This document shows, in pieces, positions 1-10,680 of a stretch of 64,000 bases of DNA (the stretch's first letter is position 1; each line of letters opens with the position of its first letter). The translations under genes were made by a program, and so were the position numbers. Location: positions 558,001-622,000 of the forward strand of contig NC_081396.1 in NCBI RefSeq assembly GCF_030684315.1. Reading direction: 5' to 3'. The stretch comes from Stegostoma tigrinum (lineage: Eukaryota). Under the pieces are notes generated by a model. It had not been told where the DNA came from. It made no database searches and saw only the letters and a list, made by a program, of their open reading frames with translations.

Positions 1-669
1 GTAGGTGACAGGATCGTATCAGTCAACATCATTTACAGGTGACGGTCTTTCACATCCTGGAGCCAGTGGGCAGTAAGTGTAGTTCGTGATACATCAGTGG
101 ATCAAACAGTGTTGGGAAATGGTGGTCAGGACATGGATGTGGGGATAACTGATAAATTCCTGATGCTGTCAGCATTGACCCGAAGAACAGCAATAGTGAG
201 GAGAATGATGAGCAGAACTGTATCAGCAGACAGCTGGAATTTATAAAATGATATTCAGGGTGAATCTGTCCTTGAGTGATTTTACTGAGAGTGAATCTCA
301 GCTCAGGTTACAATCTGTCCTGGCGTCTTTCCAACTGTACTCAATGGGATTGAAAATCTGGGCAGCTGTGAAACACATGGGTGATTCAATGTAACCTGAT
401 GTGTTCTACAGCCAAGACCACATTCACCCTCAATGTGTGATTGGTGAAACCTCATTTCATGTCAGTGTGTAATTCTGAATCGTCCAACAGAGCTAAAGGA
501 TACTGTGGTCCATGAGAACTCAAGGTCCAACAGATTCAGAATGGTTCAGCATTTTAGGAAGTGAGGTTGAGGGGGGCGCTGTGGAAATTAAGCAGCCTGG
601 TGTTATTTTCTTTGCAAGAGTTAAGCAGGGTATGTTCACTTTTGTTCCCTGGTGTAAAACAGACAAGGA

Positions 670-1030
670 TTGTTCACTCAGCAGTGATTCAGTGGTTGCA
701 GTCTCACTTTAAACCAAAAGTTTGGAGGTTTTAGCGGATTCTTGAGCACCAAAACTAGATCGATATTCCTGAGGGAGAACCACACTGTTGGGGTCTGATC
801 TTTTGGATCAGACATTGAATTGACTTCTCAATGTGCTGGCCAGCATTTATCCCCAGCCAACATCATTAAAAACACATTATCTGGTCAGTATCCTGTTGTT
901 CATTGGGTCCTGGTTTGCACAAGTTGTCTTCAGAAACCTGACAGCACTTCAAATATACTCAAAAACTATAAACTACTTGGGTACATCCTGAACTCACGGA
1001 AGGCGCTACACAAATACAAATTCTTTCCTT
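670..1030 (+). mobile_element. Old, decayed shark SINE remnant (LF-SINE-like core)
   Basis: Degenerate tRNA-like head (gattcagtggtt), a core resembling ctgagggag..cactgttgg..tctttt.gat.agac.tt.aa, and a tail aggcgcta.a.aaat.caa.ttcttt. Recognised by eye only. Confidence 0.4.
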
Positions 1031-1199
1031 TGCAACTACTTCAAGCAAATGACAAAGAGTTTTGGCGAATACAATAAAGGAGCTTTGCTAGCTTGACAGA
1101 ATGTGCAGCACAGAATGTGTCTATTTGGCCTAATTGGTCCATGCTGGTGTTTATATTCCACTTGAGCCTCATATTATTCTATTCATTCCTAGGTTGAGA

Positions 1200-3330
1200 T
1201 CTCACTATCTGAGGCAGCATTTATTACCTATCCCTTAATTGCACCAGAGAAGGTGATGGTGAGAAATTTTCTTGAACTCCTGCCGACCATTTAGTGTACA
1301 GACACGCACACATGTTAGGATGGGAGTTCCAGGACTTGGGACCAGTGACAGTGAATGTCCAACAATATAGTTCCAGGTCAAGATGGTATGCAGGCTGGAT
1401 AGGAACATGTACGTGGAAATGTTCCAAAGCGCTTACAGCCCTTGTCCTTCTAGATGTTGGTGGTTGTGGGTTTGGAAGGTGCTGTTGAAGGTGCCTTAGT
1501 GATTTATTGCAGTGCATCATGTAGATAGTGCACACTGTTGTCACTAAGGGTTTGTGGTGGAGAGAACAGATGGATCCTTGTCTACACCGTCATAACCAGC
1601 CAATCCCTTCCCTTTTATGGACTTGTCTAGCTTCCCTTTAAATCCACCACTCTTGAAATTTAACAATTTCACATTCGCACCACTCTTTGGCTAAAGAAGT
1701 TCCAAAAAGATTCCGTGAGCACTGTCCTATATTGATGGCCTTGAGTTATGCAGTTTAAGACAGAGATGAGGAAGAAATTCTCCTCATAGAAGAAAGTGAA
1801 TCTCTGAAATTCTTTACTGCAAAGGGCTGTCGAGGCTGGGTCATTAAGTATATTCAAGACTGAGACAGACAGAATTCTTAATCAGGAAGGGAATCAAGGA
1901 AAACGGGGAAAAGGCAGGTAAGTGGAGTGGAGGATGATCAGATCAGTCATAATCGCTTTAAATGGTGGAGCAAACTCAATGGACTGAATAGCCTAATAGG
2001 TCTTCCCACAAGGTGAGCCATTCTCTTTGTACTCTGTTTAATAAAAACCTTTCAGAACTTTCACAATCTTGATTAGGTCACTCCTCAGCCATCTTTATCC
2101 AAGTGAGACGAGACCCAGTGCCCTGTCAATCCTGTCATTGTGTGTGAACCCAGACATAGGAACATCAGAACAGGAGTGGGCCACTAAGCCTCTCAAGCCT
2201 GCTCGACCATCTGAGATAATAGCTGATCATCCCCTCGATTCCATTCTTCTACTTTATCTCCATGTCTCTTAATGTCATCAGTCTCCAGAACTGCATTGAT
2301 TTCTGTCTTGAACCTGATCAATGATTGTACTTCCACAGCCCCATGGGTAGAGAGTTCCAAAAGATTCACTACCCTCTGAAAAAAGAAATCTCTCCTCATC
2401 TCAGTTTCTCAGTTATAAATGACTTGTTTCTGATCCTAAGATTATTGGTTCCCTCATTCAAGATTCACCAGCCAAGGGAAACATCCTATTTATATCCACC
2501 CTGTCAGCCCCTGTAGGAATTCTGTCAGTTCATTAAGATCACCTCACAATCTTCAAAACTCCAGGGGAAACAGACCCAGTTGCATCAATCCCTCTTCGTT
2601 ACACAACCCTGCCATCCCAGGGATTAGTCTGTTTAACAACCATTGCATTGCTTCCATGGCAAACGCATCCTTTCTTGGATAAGGGGACCAAAATTGTGCA
2701 CAGTGCTCTGGGTACAGTCTCACCAAGGCTCTACAACTGCTGGAAGGCATCTTTACTTGTGTACTCAAATCGCCTTGAAATTATTGCCACATATCATTTC
2801 CTTTCTGAGGTAATTGCTGCACCCACTCAGTACGTTTGAGTGACTCATGGACAAGTATACCCAGATCCCTTTGGACACACACTTCCAAATCAGACTTCCT
2901 GTTTTTTTCTATCAAAGTGAATAACTTCAGACTTCTTTATACTGTATTTGAAAAGCTCAGTTCTAGCTCACTGACCAAGCCAGTCTAATCTGCCTGAAGC
3001 CTGTTTACACCCTCCTCACAATCCAATTTGATGTCATCAGAAAATTTGCAAATATTTGCATTGGTCCCCACATCTACATCATTTAGACGGATTGCAAGCA
3101 GTTGTGGAACTACTATTGACCCTTGTATTACCCCAATAGTAACAGCCTGCCGTCCTGAGAATGATCCATTTCTTCCAAATCTCTGCTTCTGCCTCGTGAC
3201 CGATTCTATATCCACATTTGTATGTTTCCCCCAAGTCTAATATTTTTATCCCCAGTGTGGGGACTTCTCAAAAGTCTTCTGAAAATCCAGAGGCTACATC
3301 TGCTGGTTCCCCTCTGTCCATGCTATAAAT
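1200..3330 (-). mobile_element. Cluster of decayed CR1/L2-type LINE 3' fragments (mostly minus strand)
   Basis: Minus-strand ORF remnants with RT C-terminal motifs (LVRLYPEHCAQFWSP, FFFQRVVNL, QGSIVVPQL..CKFSDDIKL). Confidence 0.75.
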
Positions 3331-6032
3331 ATCAGTGCATGGTGACTCTGGTGTGACTAACCACACAATCCCACTCCCCTGTTACTGGCCCAGAGGGCTG
3401 TCAAATGTTTTCCGCTCAAGATCCATCCAATTCCATTTTGATCTTTACAGCTGAACCTGATCCTTCTGTCCTTTTAGGCAGAACATAACAAATCACTGGA
3501 ACACCCTGAGGAAAAGATGTTGCCATGAATTTTACCCTGAATTACTGTCTGTAAAAGTTTTTTTTCTCAGCTGTGCCATCAGGCTGACTGGACTGTAACG
3601 TGTCAGTGGTAGCCTGGCTTTTAATTCGCTCCTTTATATCCTTCATCCACTCTTTCAATTTCATTCAAAATTTTAAATACCTTTCCCTACCACAGAAGTT
3701 ATCAAATTAAAAGCTCCTAGATCCTCAATAATTAATGGTGAGAGATTTGAAATGTCTTTCAATGCTGACAGGAACTCACACCATACACTAAATGGGCCTC
3801 ATCCAGTCCATGACAGTCCAGCGTCAACATCCTACTGCAGACCTCACTTCTCACACTGAACCGATCCTTACAACATCTTTCCAGAATATTCCAGCTTTAA
3901 CCCCATTGATAGGTGGTGGGACTGTTCTACTGAAATTGTAGGACACAGAGGGTGAGAAAGGAGGAAGATAAAGTTCAAGTAATGAAAACTGGGGAAGAGA
4001 TGGAGAGACCAAGAAAAAGGAAAGGAATTGACAAAAATGGAAAAAAAGATGGTGAAAGACAAAAAGAAAGATGAGAAAGGAAGGAGAGTGCACCCAGTGA
4101 GTAAATTCAGACCAGAGGCTGAACAAGAACAACTGCAGAAACACATCTAAAAATTGCCCAACTACAAGAAACATTTGTCCACCTTTTTATAACTTCCTTG
4201 ATGGGGAAGAATGGGGGAATTGGAATCACACAGACGGAGGTCTTTCACTCCAGTAAAACTGACTCCTGACTCACCCTGTGTTTATGATCGGGGATGTTCC
4301 CAACACACAGTCCGTGTTACGGTCAAACACTGCAGCCAAGAAATTGTTCACAATGGGTGAGGCAAACATGGGGTAATCAGATCCCCCACCTGTTCCACAC
4401 TGTGCCTAGCATTCAATTCCAGGTCAGTCTCTGGAATTCAGGATCAGGCACTGGGCAGGAGGAGTGGCAGGTTGGAGAACTGCCTGTTTTATCTCACTCC
4501 CTGGAAGGAATTTCTAAACCAGTGAATCCAGGGAGATAGAGAGGAGGTGCAATGAAAGTTACTGTGTGCTTTTTGTAAAATTCATTCTTTTTGTTAAATG
4601 CCCTCAGGAGGAAATGTTGAAATCATGGTTGTCCTTCCTGGTAATTTAGTTAAAGAGGTTACTAAAAGAAATCTGTTTCAATCAAATGTATAACACATCT
4701 TAAAAAGCTCACGGGAGAATATCATAGCTCTCATGAATAATGCAAGAATCCGTTTTCTTTACATAACTCTCTCTTTTGCACCTGGGAAGGTTGTGAAATG
4801 TCAATTCAAGCTCCTTAATCGCGAGTGGATCATAAACCTGCCCCTGAGAAAGGATCATGCACTTCCTTTCCCATTCGCCTAACTTCTATTTTAGTGATCG
4901 TCCCCACTAAAAGAGCACAGTGGTCAGAACTGGCTGAATATTAAACTTTGTTCAACTAACCTTGTATTAAGAAATCATATTCCTGCCCTTTGGACTTTCA
5001 CTCAATCAGATTCAATCATCGACCAGTTCATGTTAGTGTGGAGTTCCCTTGTCAAATATTTTAATCCAATAATTGCAAATGTTGAAATAGTGAACAGAAT
5101 AACCTGATATCCACAAACTGAAAAATAATTGATTCAATGCTGTTATTGCTCAATAACATTTTCAACCAGATAGAAACCCTTCCAGTTCTCAACCCTGCAA
5201 TGTGGGTCCAGTTAAAGATGAAATTTCAGCGTGAGAGATGATTTCAAATCTCACAGATAGTTAAACTATTAATGTCAAGCCACACACTAAATCCTGCCTC
5301 AATGAGACACAACTTCATTCCACACATAGCATGTTCTGAGGAAGGGCCTCTGGACCTGACATGTTAATTCTGTATTTTTCCCTCACAGATGCTGCCAGAC
5401 CTGCTAAGCTTTCCCAGAAACTTTGATTTTGTTCTGCTGTTTGTTCAGAGAATTCACTGGAAAATGCTGCAAACTTGTTGGGGTGAGGCATTTTAATGAA
5501 CACTAATCCCTGTGTCTCACGCTGTCCAAATCATTTCTCTCTGTTTGCAAAATTATCAAGTGAAATCCAGAGCTTATTATTTTTAAAACTGTTCAACAAG
5601 GTATGAGGTCTCAAAACAAAAATTTAAACGACTGTGACACCAACTATTAAATCACAAAACAATTGGATCATGTCTTTAAACTCCAATTATAATAAATTCT
5701 TAACCCACCTCCAAATATCCTGAAGTCCAAAATCATCAAACTTGCCTGAACACAGTAAGTATCCTGACCAATGTCATCTGGATCAAGCTGAACATGCTGA
5801 ACAGATCCTGGAATCTTTATTATATTTCCTGGGGTTTAATATTAACTTTCAATACAGTCTCAAATTTCAGTTCCAGTTACTGGGTATATTCCTGATTCTA
5901 CAGAAATTCACCCCTCTGGGATAGAAACACCTAATTTTCCGAAATATCTCACTGATTTTACTGAATTATCAAAAACACAAATTAAATACAATGTACAGTA
6001 GAAAAAGAATAGAATTGAGAAGGTTTTCTTAC

Positions 6033-6080
6033 CTGAAGTCACTTCCAGGAAGGTTCCGCTCCCCCAGTGAGCAAGATAAT
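6033..6080 (-). CDS. Ig heavy-chain J segment (IgW-type), YLAHWGSGTFLEVTS
   Basis: WGxG motif, phase-1 splice donor TCAG|GTAAG at 6033/6032, directly preceded by a 23-RSS. Confidence 0.93.
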
Positions 6081-6119
6081 CACTGTGCTCTGTCTCTTTA
6101 TTCACCCAATACAATAACT
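6081..6119 (+). promoter_or_regulatory. 23-bp-spacer recombination signal sequence of the J segment
   Basis: Reading away from J: heptamer CACTGTG (6081-6087), 23-bp spacer (6088-6110), nonamer ACAATAACT (6111-6119). Confidence 0.9.
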
Positions 6120-6432
6120 GACCCTGAGCACCGTATATAATAATCCCCAGGGAATATAAATATAAACTGTGTTGGAACCTGGAGCAGCAACTTCCTGCGT
6201 TTACATCTGAAATTTCAACCTAATCCTATCCCAAATGTATCTATAAATGATATGTTTTCACATTTTCCTGTTTGCGGACACCAATTCCTGCAAATTACCC
6301 AGAAACAGAATTGCCACCTTTTGTCTTCTATTCTCCCAGAAATCGACATTTTCCCTGATAATCCGAGTCAATGTTTAGATATTTCTCTCTAGGAAACAGG
6401 AATGTGTAATCCATGGATACACACGTCATAGG

Positions 6433-6460
6433 AGCTTGTGTTAAACTTCATGCTGCTGTG
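6433..6460 (-). promoter_or_regulatory. 12-bp-spacer RSS at the 3' side of the D-like segment fused to V
   Basis: Minus strand: heptamer CACAGCA (6460-6454), 12-bp spacer GCATGAAGTTTA, nonamer ACACAAGCT (6/9 match to ACAAAAACC). Confidence 0.78.
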
Positions 6461-6782
6461 GCCAAGTTACCATGCACAGCCTCCCTTGCACAGTAATAGA
6501 TGGCGGTATCATGGACTGTCAGATTTGGAATCTCAATGGAGGTCGTAGAAAAAGATTTAATAGAAAAGGTCATTCGCCCCTGAACTCCGCTTGCGTAGTG
6601 AGTATCGTATCCTTTGTGATAAGAGAGTAACCATTGCAGTCCTTTTCCGGGGACCTGTCTCACCCAGACCATTCTGTGGACGTTAATATCTTCCCCACTC
6701 ACTGTACAGGTCAGTCTGTGAGACACCCCCAGCTTTTTCACAACTGACTCGGGCTGGTTCAGCACGATCTCAGACCGGACAC
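6461..6782 (-). CDS. Ig heavy-chain V exon (IgW-type) already joined to a D-like segment
   Basis: Acceptor ttcacAG at 6783. Open frame GVRSEIVLNQPESVVKKLGVSHRLTC..WVRQVPGKGLQWL..DTAIYYCAR-EAVHGNL has both canonical Cys and the FR2 Trp. IgW assignment rests on leader, FR1 and J resemblance to shark IgW from memory. Confidence 0.93.
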
Positions 6783-6902
6783 CTGTGAATAAAAGAGAAA
6801 CAGAAGAGAGTTCACTTTAATAAACCAGTCAGATAAACAGAGTCACAGAATCTGGGAAGAAGCGGCCTCACTGTGCGGGGAGAAAGCCTCGGGAGCTCTC
6901 AC

Positions 6903-6948
6903 CTGTCAGACAGAGCAGGAGGACGCAGAGATAAGGAAGAATCCCCAT
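6903..6948 (-). CDS. Leader (signal peptide) exon of the IgW-type V gene, MGILPYLCVLLLCLT(G)
   Basis: ATG at 6948, 46-nt exon, donor ACAG|GTGAG, 120-bp intron (6902-6783), in phase with the V exon. Confidence 0.92.
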
Positions 6949-7080
6949 CGCTGTGTGGAACCAGAGGCAGAGTCAGACACTCCAGAAATCCAGCTGCTTC
7001 AGGGCGCCTTTATCTGGAGCTGGAGTCAGTGCTGTTTCAATCGGGGAGTGAGTGGGCGAGGGTCCCACAAGTTCAACAGC
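6949..7080 (-). promoter_or_regulatory. Putative VH promoter / 5' UTR
   Basis: Directly upstream of the leader ATG. TATA-like GATAAA about 60 bp upstream and E-box CAGCTG at 6991-6996. No ATGCAAAT octamer seen. Confidence 0.45.
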
Positions 7081-7269
7081 AGCTCCACCCACTGAAACCA
7101 GAAACAGAGTTTCCTGTCCCCGCCTCCAGCACAGATTTCAATTCACTACAAGATTATGGTTTGTACAATAGGCTACAGATCAACAGTAATAATCAGATTA
7201 ATGATCCTGTCCACAGTTTATCCTGTTTCTTTATTTCAAGAGTAAAGAGCTTGTTAATAGCAAAGAAAC

Positions 7270-7407
7270 TGAGAGATTCCAGTCAGTGTGCAGATATCTC
7301 CCTGAGAGAGAGAGGGGGGACTGAGAGACACCAGCCAGTGTACAGATATCTCCCTGAGAGAGAGAGAGAGAGGACTGAGAGACACCAGTCAGTGTACAGA
7401 TATCTCC

Positions 7408-7451
<44 letters not shown>

Positions 7452-7932
7452 ACTGAGAGACACCAGTCAGTGTACAGATATCTCCCTGAGAGAGAGAGGG
7501 GGGACTGAGAGACACCAGTCAGTGTACAGATATCTCCCGGAGAGAGAGAGAGGGGGGACTGAGAGACACCAGTCAGTGTATAGATATCTCCCTGAGAGGG
7601 GGGGGGCTACTGAGAGACACCAGTCAGTGTACAGATATCTCCCTGAGAGGGGGGGGGCGGCTACTGAGAGACACCAGTCAGTGTACAGATATCTCCCTGA
7701 GAGAGATAGGGGACTGAGAGACACCAGGCAGTGTATAGATATCTCCCTGAGAGAGAGGGGACTGAGAGACACCAGTCAGTGTACAGATATCTCCCTGAGA
7801 GAGAGGGGGGGGACTGAGAGACACCAGTCAGTGTACAGATATCTCCCTGAGAGAGAGGGGGGGGACTGAGAGACACCAGTCAGTGTACAGATAGCTCCCT
7901 GAGAGAGAGAGAGGGGACTGAGAGACACCAGT
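7270..7932. repeat. Compound minisatellite, about 12.5 units of ACTGAGAGACACCAGTCAGTGTACAGATATCTCCCTG + (AG)n + (G)n
   Basis: Near-identical 37-bp core repeated with variable-length purine linkers; unit length roughly 48-78 bp. Confidence 0.97.
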
Positions 7933-8011
7933 GATGGAAAATAAAAATATGGAGGCAGACGAAGGGTTAAATCTTACAGTGATCAGTAGGATGATGTACT
8001 GGATTATGGAA

Positions 8012-8218
8012 TAGAACATAGAACATAGAACATAGAACATAGAACAGTACAGCACAGAACAGGCCCTTCAGCCCACAATGTTGTGCCGACCATTGATCCT
8101 CATGTATGCACCCTCAAATTTCTGTGACCATATACATGTCCAGCAGTCTCTTAAATGACCCCAATGACCTTGCTTCCACAACTGCTGCTGGCAACGCATT
8201 CCATGCTCCCACAACTCT
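8012..8218 (-). mobile_element. CR1-type LINE 3' end with (AGAACAT)n tail
   Basis: Tandem AGAACAT followed by agaacagtacagcacagaacaggcccttcagcccaca, the inverse of the LINE 3' tails at ~17.95 kb and ~62.7 kb. Confidence 0.8.
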
Positions 8219-8311
8219 CAGAATGTGGGAAGAAGCGGCCTCACTGTGCGGGGAGAAAGCCTCGGGAGCTCTCACCTGTCAGACAGAGCAGGAGGACGCA
8301 GAGATAAGGAA
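8219..8311 (-). pseudogene. Orphan 93-bp duplicate of the IgW leader exon (ATG missing) and 5' half of the leader intron
   Basis: Matches 6846-6938 with one mismatch seen (gaatgtggg vs gaatctggg). Confidence 0.92.
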
Positions 8312-8880
8312 TGTTGCAATAATCAATGAAATGCTGTACCTTAATAGAATGAGGCACTTGAACAGGTCAAGGGAGCATAGAACAAAGGTAGTATAACTAG
8401 GCTAGCTATTAACGGCAGCTTAATTAGGTTGATTAATGCATGTAACATAGAAGCAAGGACTAGCATGATGTAATGGGGTGAACCCGAGGTGTAGGACCTT
8501 TGTGGCAGATGTAGTAATAAATAATCACTACCTTATAGACTAAATTTGGAGTAGAATAGACCATTGTGGCAGATGTAGTAATAAATAATAATTATCTTAG
8601 TTTGAAGAAGAAACAGCCATAGTGGCAGAGACAGAAAGATAACATAAACTAACAGCATTGACTTACTGCCTAAGTGTAGAGAGATAACCCCTACTGACAC
8701 CGTTAGGCATGCTGGCAGCCTGAGAAAGAGCATGATAACTGGAAATGTATGAGGGATAACAAGCCCTGAGGATCGGGGGCGATCGGAAAACCACTTTCTG
8801 ATTGTCACAGCTTTTGTTTGCAAATAAAAGTTTAACCTCCTGAAGAATTCTCCGCATCTCCTGGTAGTTTCTCCACTACA
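8312..8880 (+). mobile_element. LTR-like element (probable solo or truncated LTR)
   Basis: Starts TGTTG and ends CTACA. AATAAA at 8823-8828. Internal direct repeat tgtggcagatgtagtaataaataat (~8502 and ~8565). No TSD found. Confidence 0.55.
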
Positions 8881-9239
8881 CTAGCAGGTTTGCAAGTCCA
8901 CACTGTGTTTTTCACTGGGCTTACGGTCTTCCAGGAGCTGATTTTTATCTCCCTGCATTCCTTGGAACACAGGTGGAGAGCAGAGTCCTGCAGTTCAGAG
9001 CTGCAAGAGATAATCCTAAATGAAAAATCTACTGCATCTTTTTCCAAACCTGTTTTGTATAAGGCATTGCCTGGAGTATGTAAGTGCCAGTCTCATTGTC
9101 AGTGCAGCCATCTCAATGGCAGTGAGTTGACAGAGTGCACGCAGGTAAAGACCAGAAGGTCCTACACACAAGCAGCCAAGTTACAAGCAATGCTGATCAA
9201 GAAAATGGGTATTGCATTACTGGGCATTGGAAAAGACAC

Positions 9240-9625
9240 ATAAGAACATAAAAACTAGGAGCAGGAGTAGGCCATCTGGCCCCTCAGGCCTGCTCCTCCA
9301 TTCAATAAGCTCGTGGCTGATCTTTTTGAGACTCTGCTCCACTTACCTGCCTGCTCACCATATCCCTTAATTCCTTAACTGTTCAAACATTTATCTAACC
9401 TTGCCTTAAAAACATTCAGTGAAGTAGCTTCAACCACTTGACTGGGCAAGGAATTCCACAGATTCACAACGCTTTGGGTGAAGAAGTTCCTCCTGACCTC
9501 AGTCCTACATTTGCTTGCCTTTGTTTTGAGGTGATGCCCTCTAGTTCTAGTTTCATCTGCTAGCAGAAACAACCTCCCTGCCTCCACCTTATCCGTTCCC
9601 TTCATAATCTTATATGTTCCTATAC
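9240..9625 (-). mobile_element. CR1-type LINE 3' fragment
   Basis: ORF remnant YKIMKG.DKVEAGRLF..TRTRGH.LK..RRNFFTQSVVNLWNSLP, typical CR1 ORF2 C-terminus. Confidence 0.85.
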
Positions 9626-10029
9626 GATCTGGATGGGGAGAAGAACAGGAACAGTTTGGAGGGATATGGGCCAAATGCTAGCAAATGACATTAGATTAAT
9701 GCAGAATATCTGGTCATCATGGACAAGCTGGACTGAAGTGTCTGTTTCCATGCTGTACGCGGCAAGTATCTGTGTGAAAATGAGGAATTTGGGAATAGTA
9801 TGATGTGTAATGAAGTATTGGAGAAATGAATGTCGCTTAGTGTCAGAATCTATGATTGAGGTGGTGAACTGAGAGAATTGCTGTGGAAGATCTGGACTGT
9901 AATGAAGGATATGTGATTGAGACGTACATAATGATAAAATAAATAGACAAGTGAACATGTTCTCATGGCAGGAGCACATGTACTGTAATAATACCACTAA
10001 GCATTTCACCTACTTCAGTAACACCAACA

Positions 10030-10360
10030 GATGGCTGAATAATTCACTGACACCAGTAACATAAAGTGTTCGTACTGCAACAATCGCACTGATTGACTCT
10101 GTATCATACCCTCACCAATAACACTACCTAAAGAATTATTGCTGTACATGCATCGCCCACAGCACTGGGTGTCTCTGTATTATCCCCTCACCAGTAACAC
10201 TGTATTAAGTACTGGTACTGTACCTGCAGCAGGAGCAGTGCTGAGTGTTTCTGTATCACATCCTCAACAGTAAAACCATCTAAAGCTTTAGAACTGTTCC
10301 TACAGCAGTAACTACACTGACAGTCACTGTGTCACCCTCACTAGTAACATCATCTAAAGT
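10030..10360. repeat. Degenerate tandem repeat, ~75-bp period
   Basis: Recurring ctgtatca..ccctcaccagtaacact...taaag motif, about 4 copies. Confidence 0.65.
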
Positions 10361-10680
10361 GGGACAGCATTGTGGCCTCAATGGTTAGCACTACTACCTT
10401 ACAGCACCAGGGACCTGGGCTCGATTCCACCCTCAGGAGACTCTCTTTGTAGAGTTTGCACATTCTCCCCATATCTGTGTGGATTTCCTCCAGGTGGTCT
10501 AGATTCCTCCCACAATCCAAAGATGTGCAGGTTAGTTGTATTAGTTATGTTAAATATTGCATAATGTGCAGACTAGGAGAGAAATGGGGGGGATGGATCA
10601 GAGTTAGATGCTCTTCAGAGTCCCGGTGTGGACTCAGTAAGGCCAAATGGCCTGCTTCCACAGTGTAGGGATCCTGTGAA
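10361..10680 (+). mobile_element. HE1-type (V-SINE) shark SINE
   Basis: tRNA-derived head (tggttagcact..gggacctgggctcgattcc), V-domain gagtttgcacattctcccc..tcctcccacaatccaaagatgtgcaggttag, LINE-derived tail. Confidence 0.88.

Noticed and set aside
1-6030. Ig constant-region exons downstream of J
   Set aside because: I found no minus-strand frame with C1-set motifs in the ORF track or the stretches I translated; this is most likely J-C intron with C exons outside the window.
6120-6432. Additional D segment between VD and J
   Set aside because: No paired heptamers or nonamers; the 313-bp length fits a single intersegment spacer.
6873-7876. Repetitive ORFs (ERERGGTERHQSVYRYLP and antisense frames)
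   Set aside because: Translations of the minisatellite and antisense of the Ig leader; no independent coding evidence.
7270-7932. CRISPR-like repeat-spacer array
   Set aside because: Vertebrate DNA, the spacers are simple (AG)n(G)n runs rather than unique sequences, and there are no cas genes.
6869-8907. Isolated CACTGTG heptamers (6869, 8242, 8901) as RSS
   Set aside because: No acceptable nonamer at 12 or 23 bp and no adjacent gene segment.
10361-10440. tRNA genes at A/B-box-like motifs (also 19391, 41680, 52180, 55380)
   Set aside because: These are tRNA-derived SINE heads continuing into SINE bodies, not complete cloverleaves.
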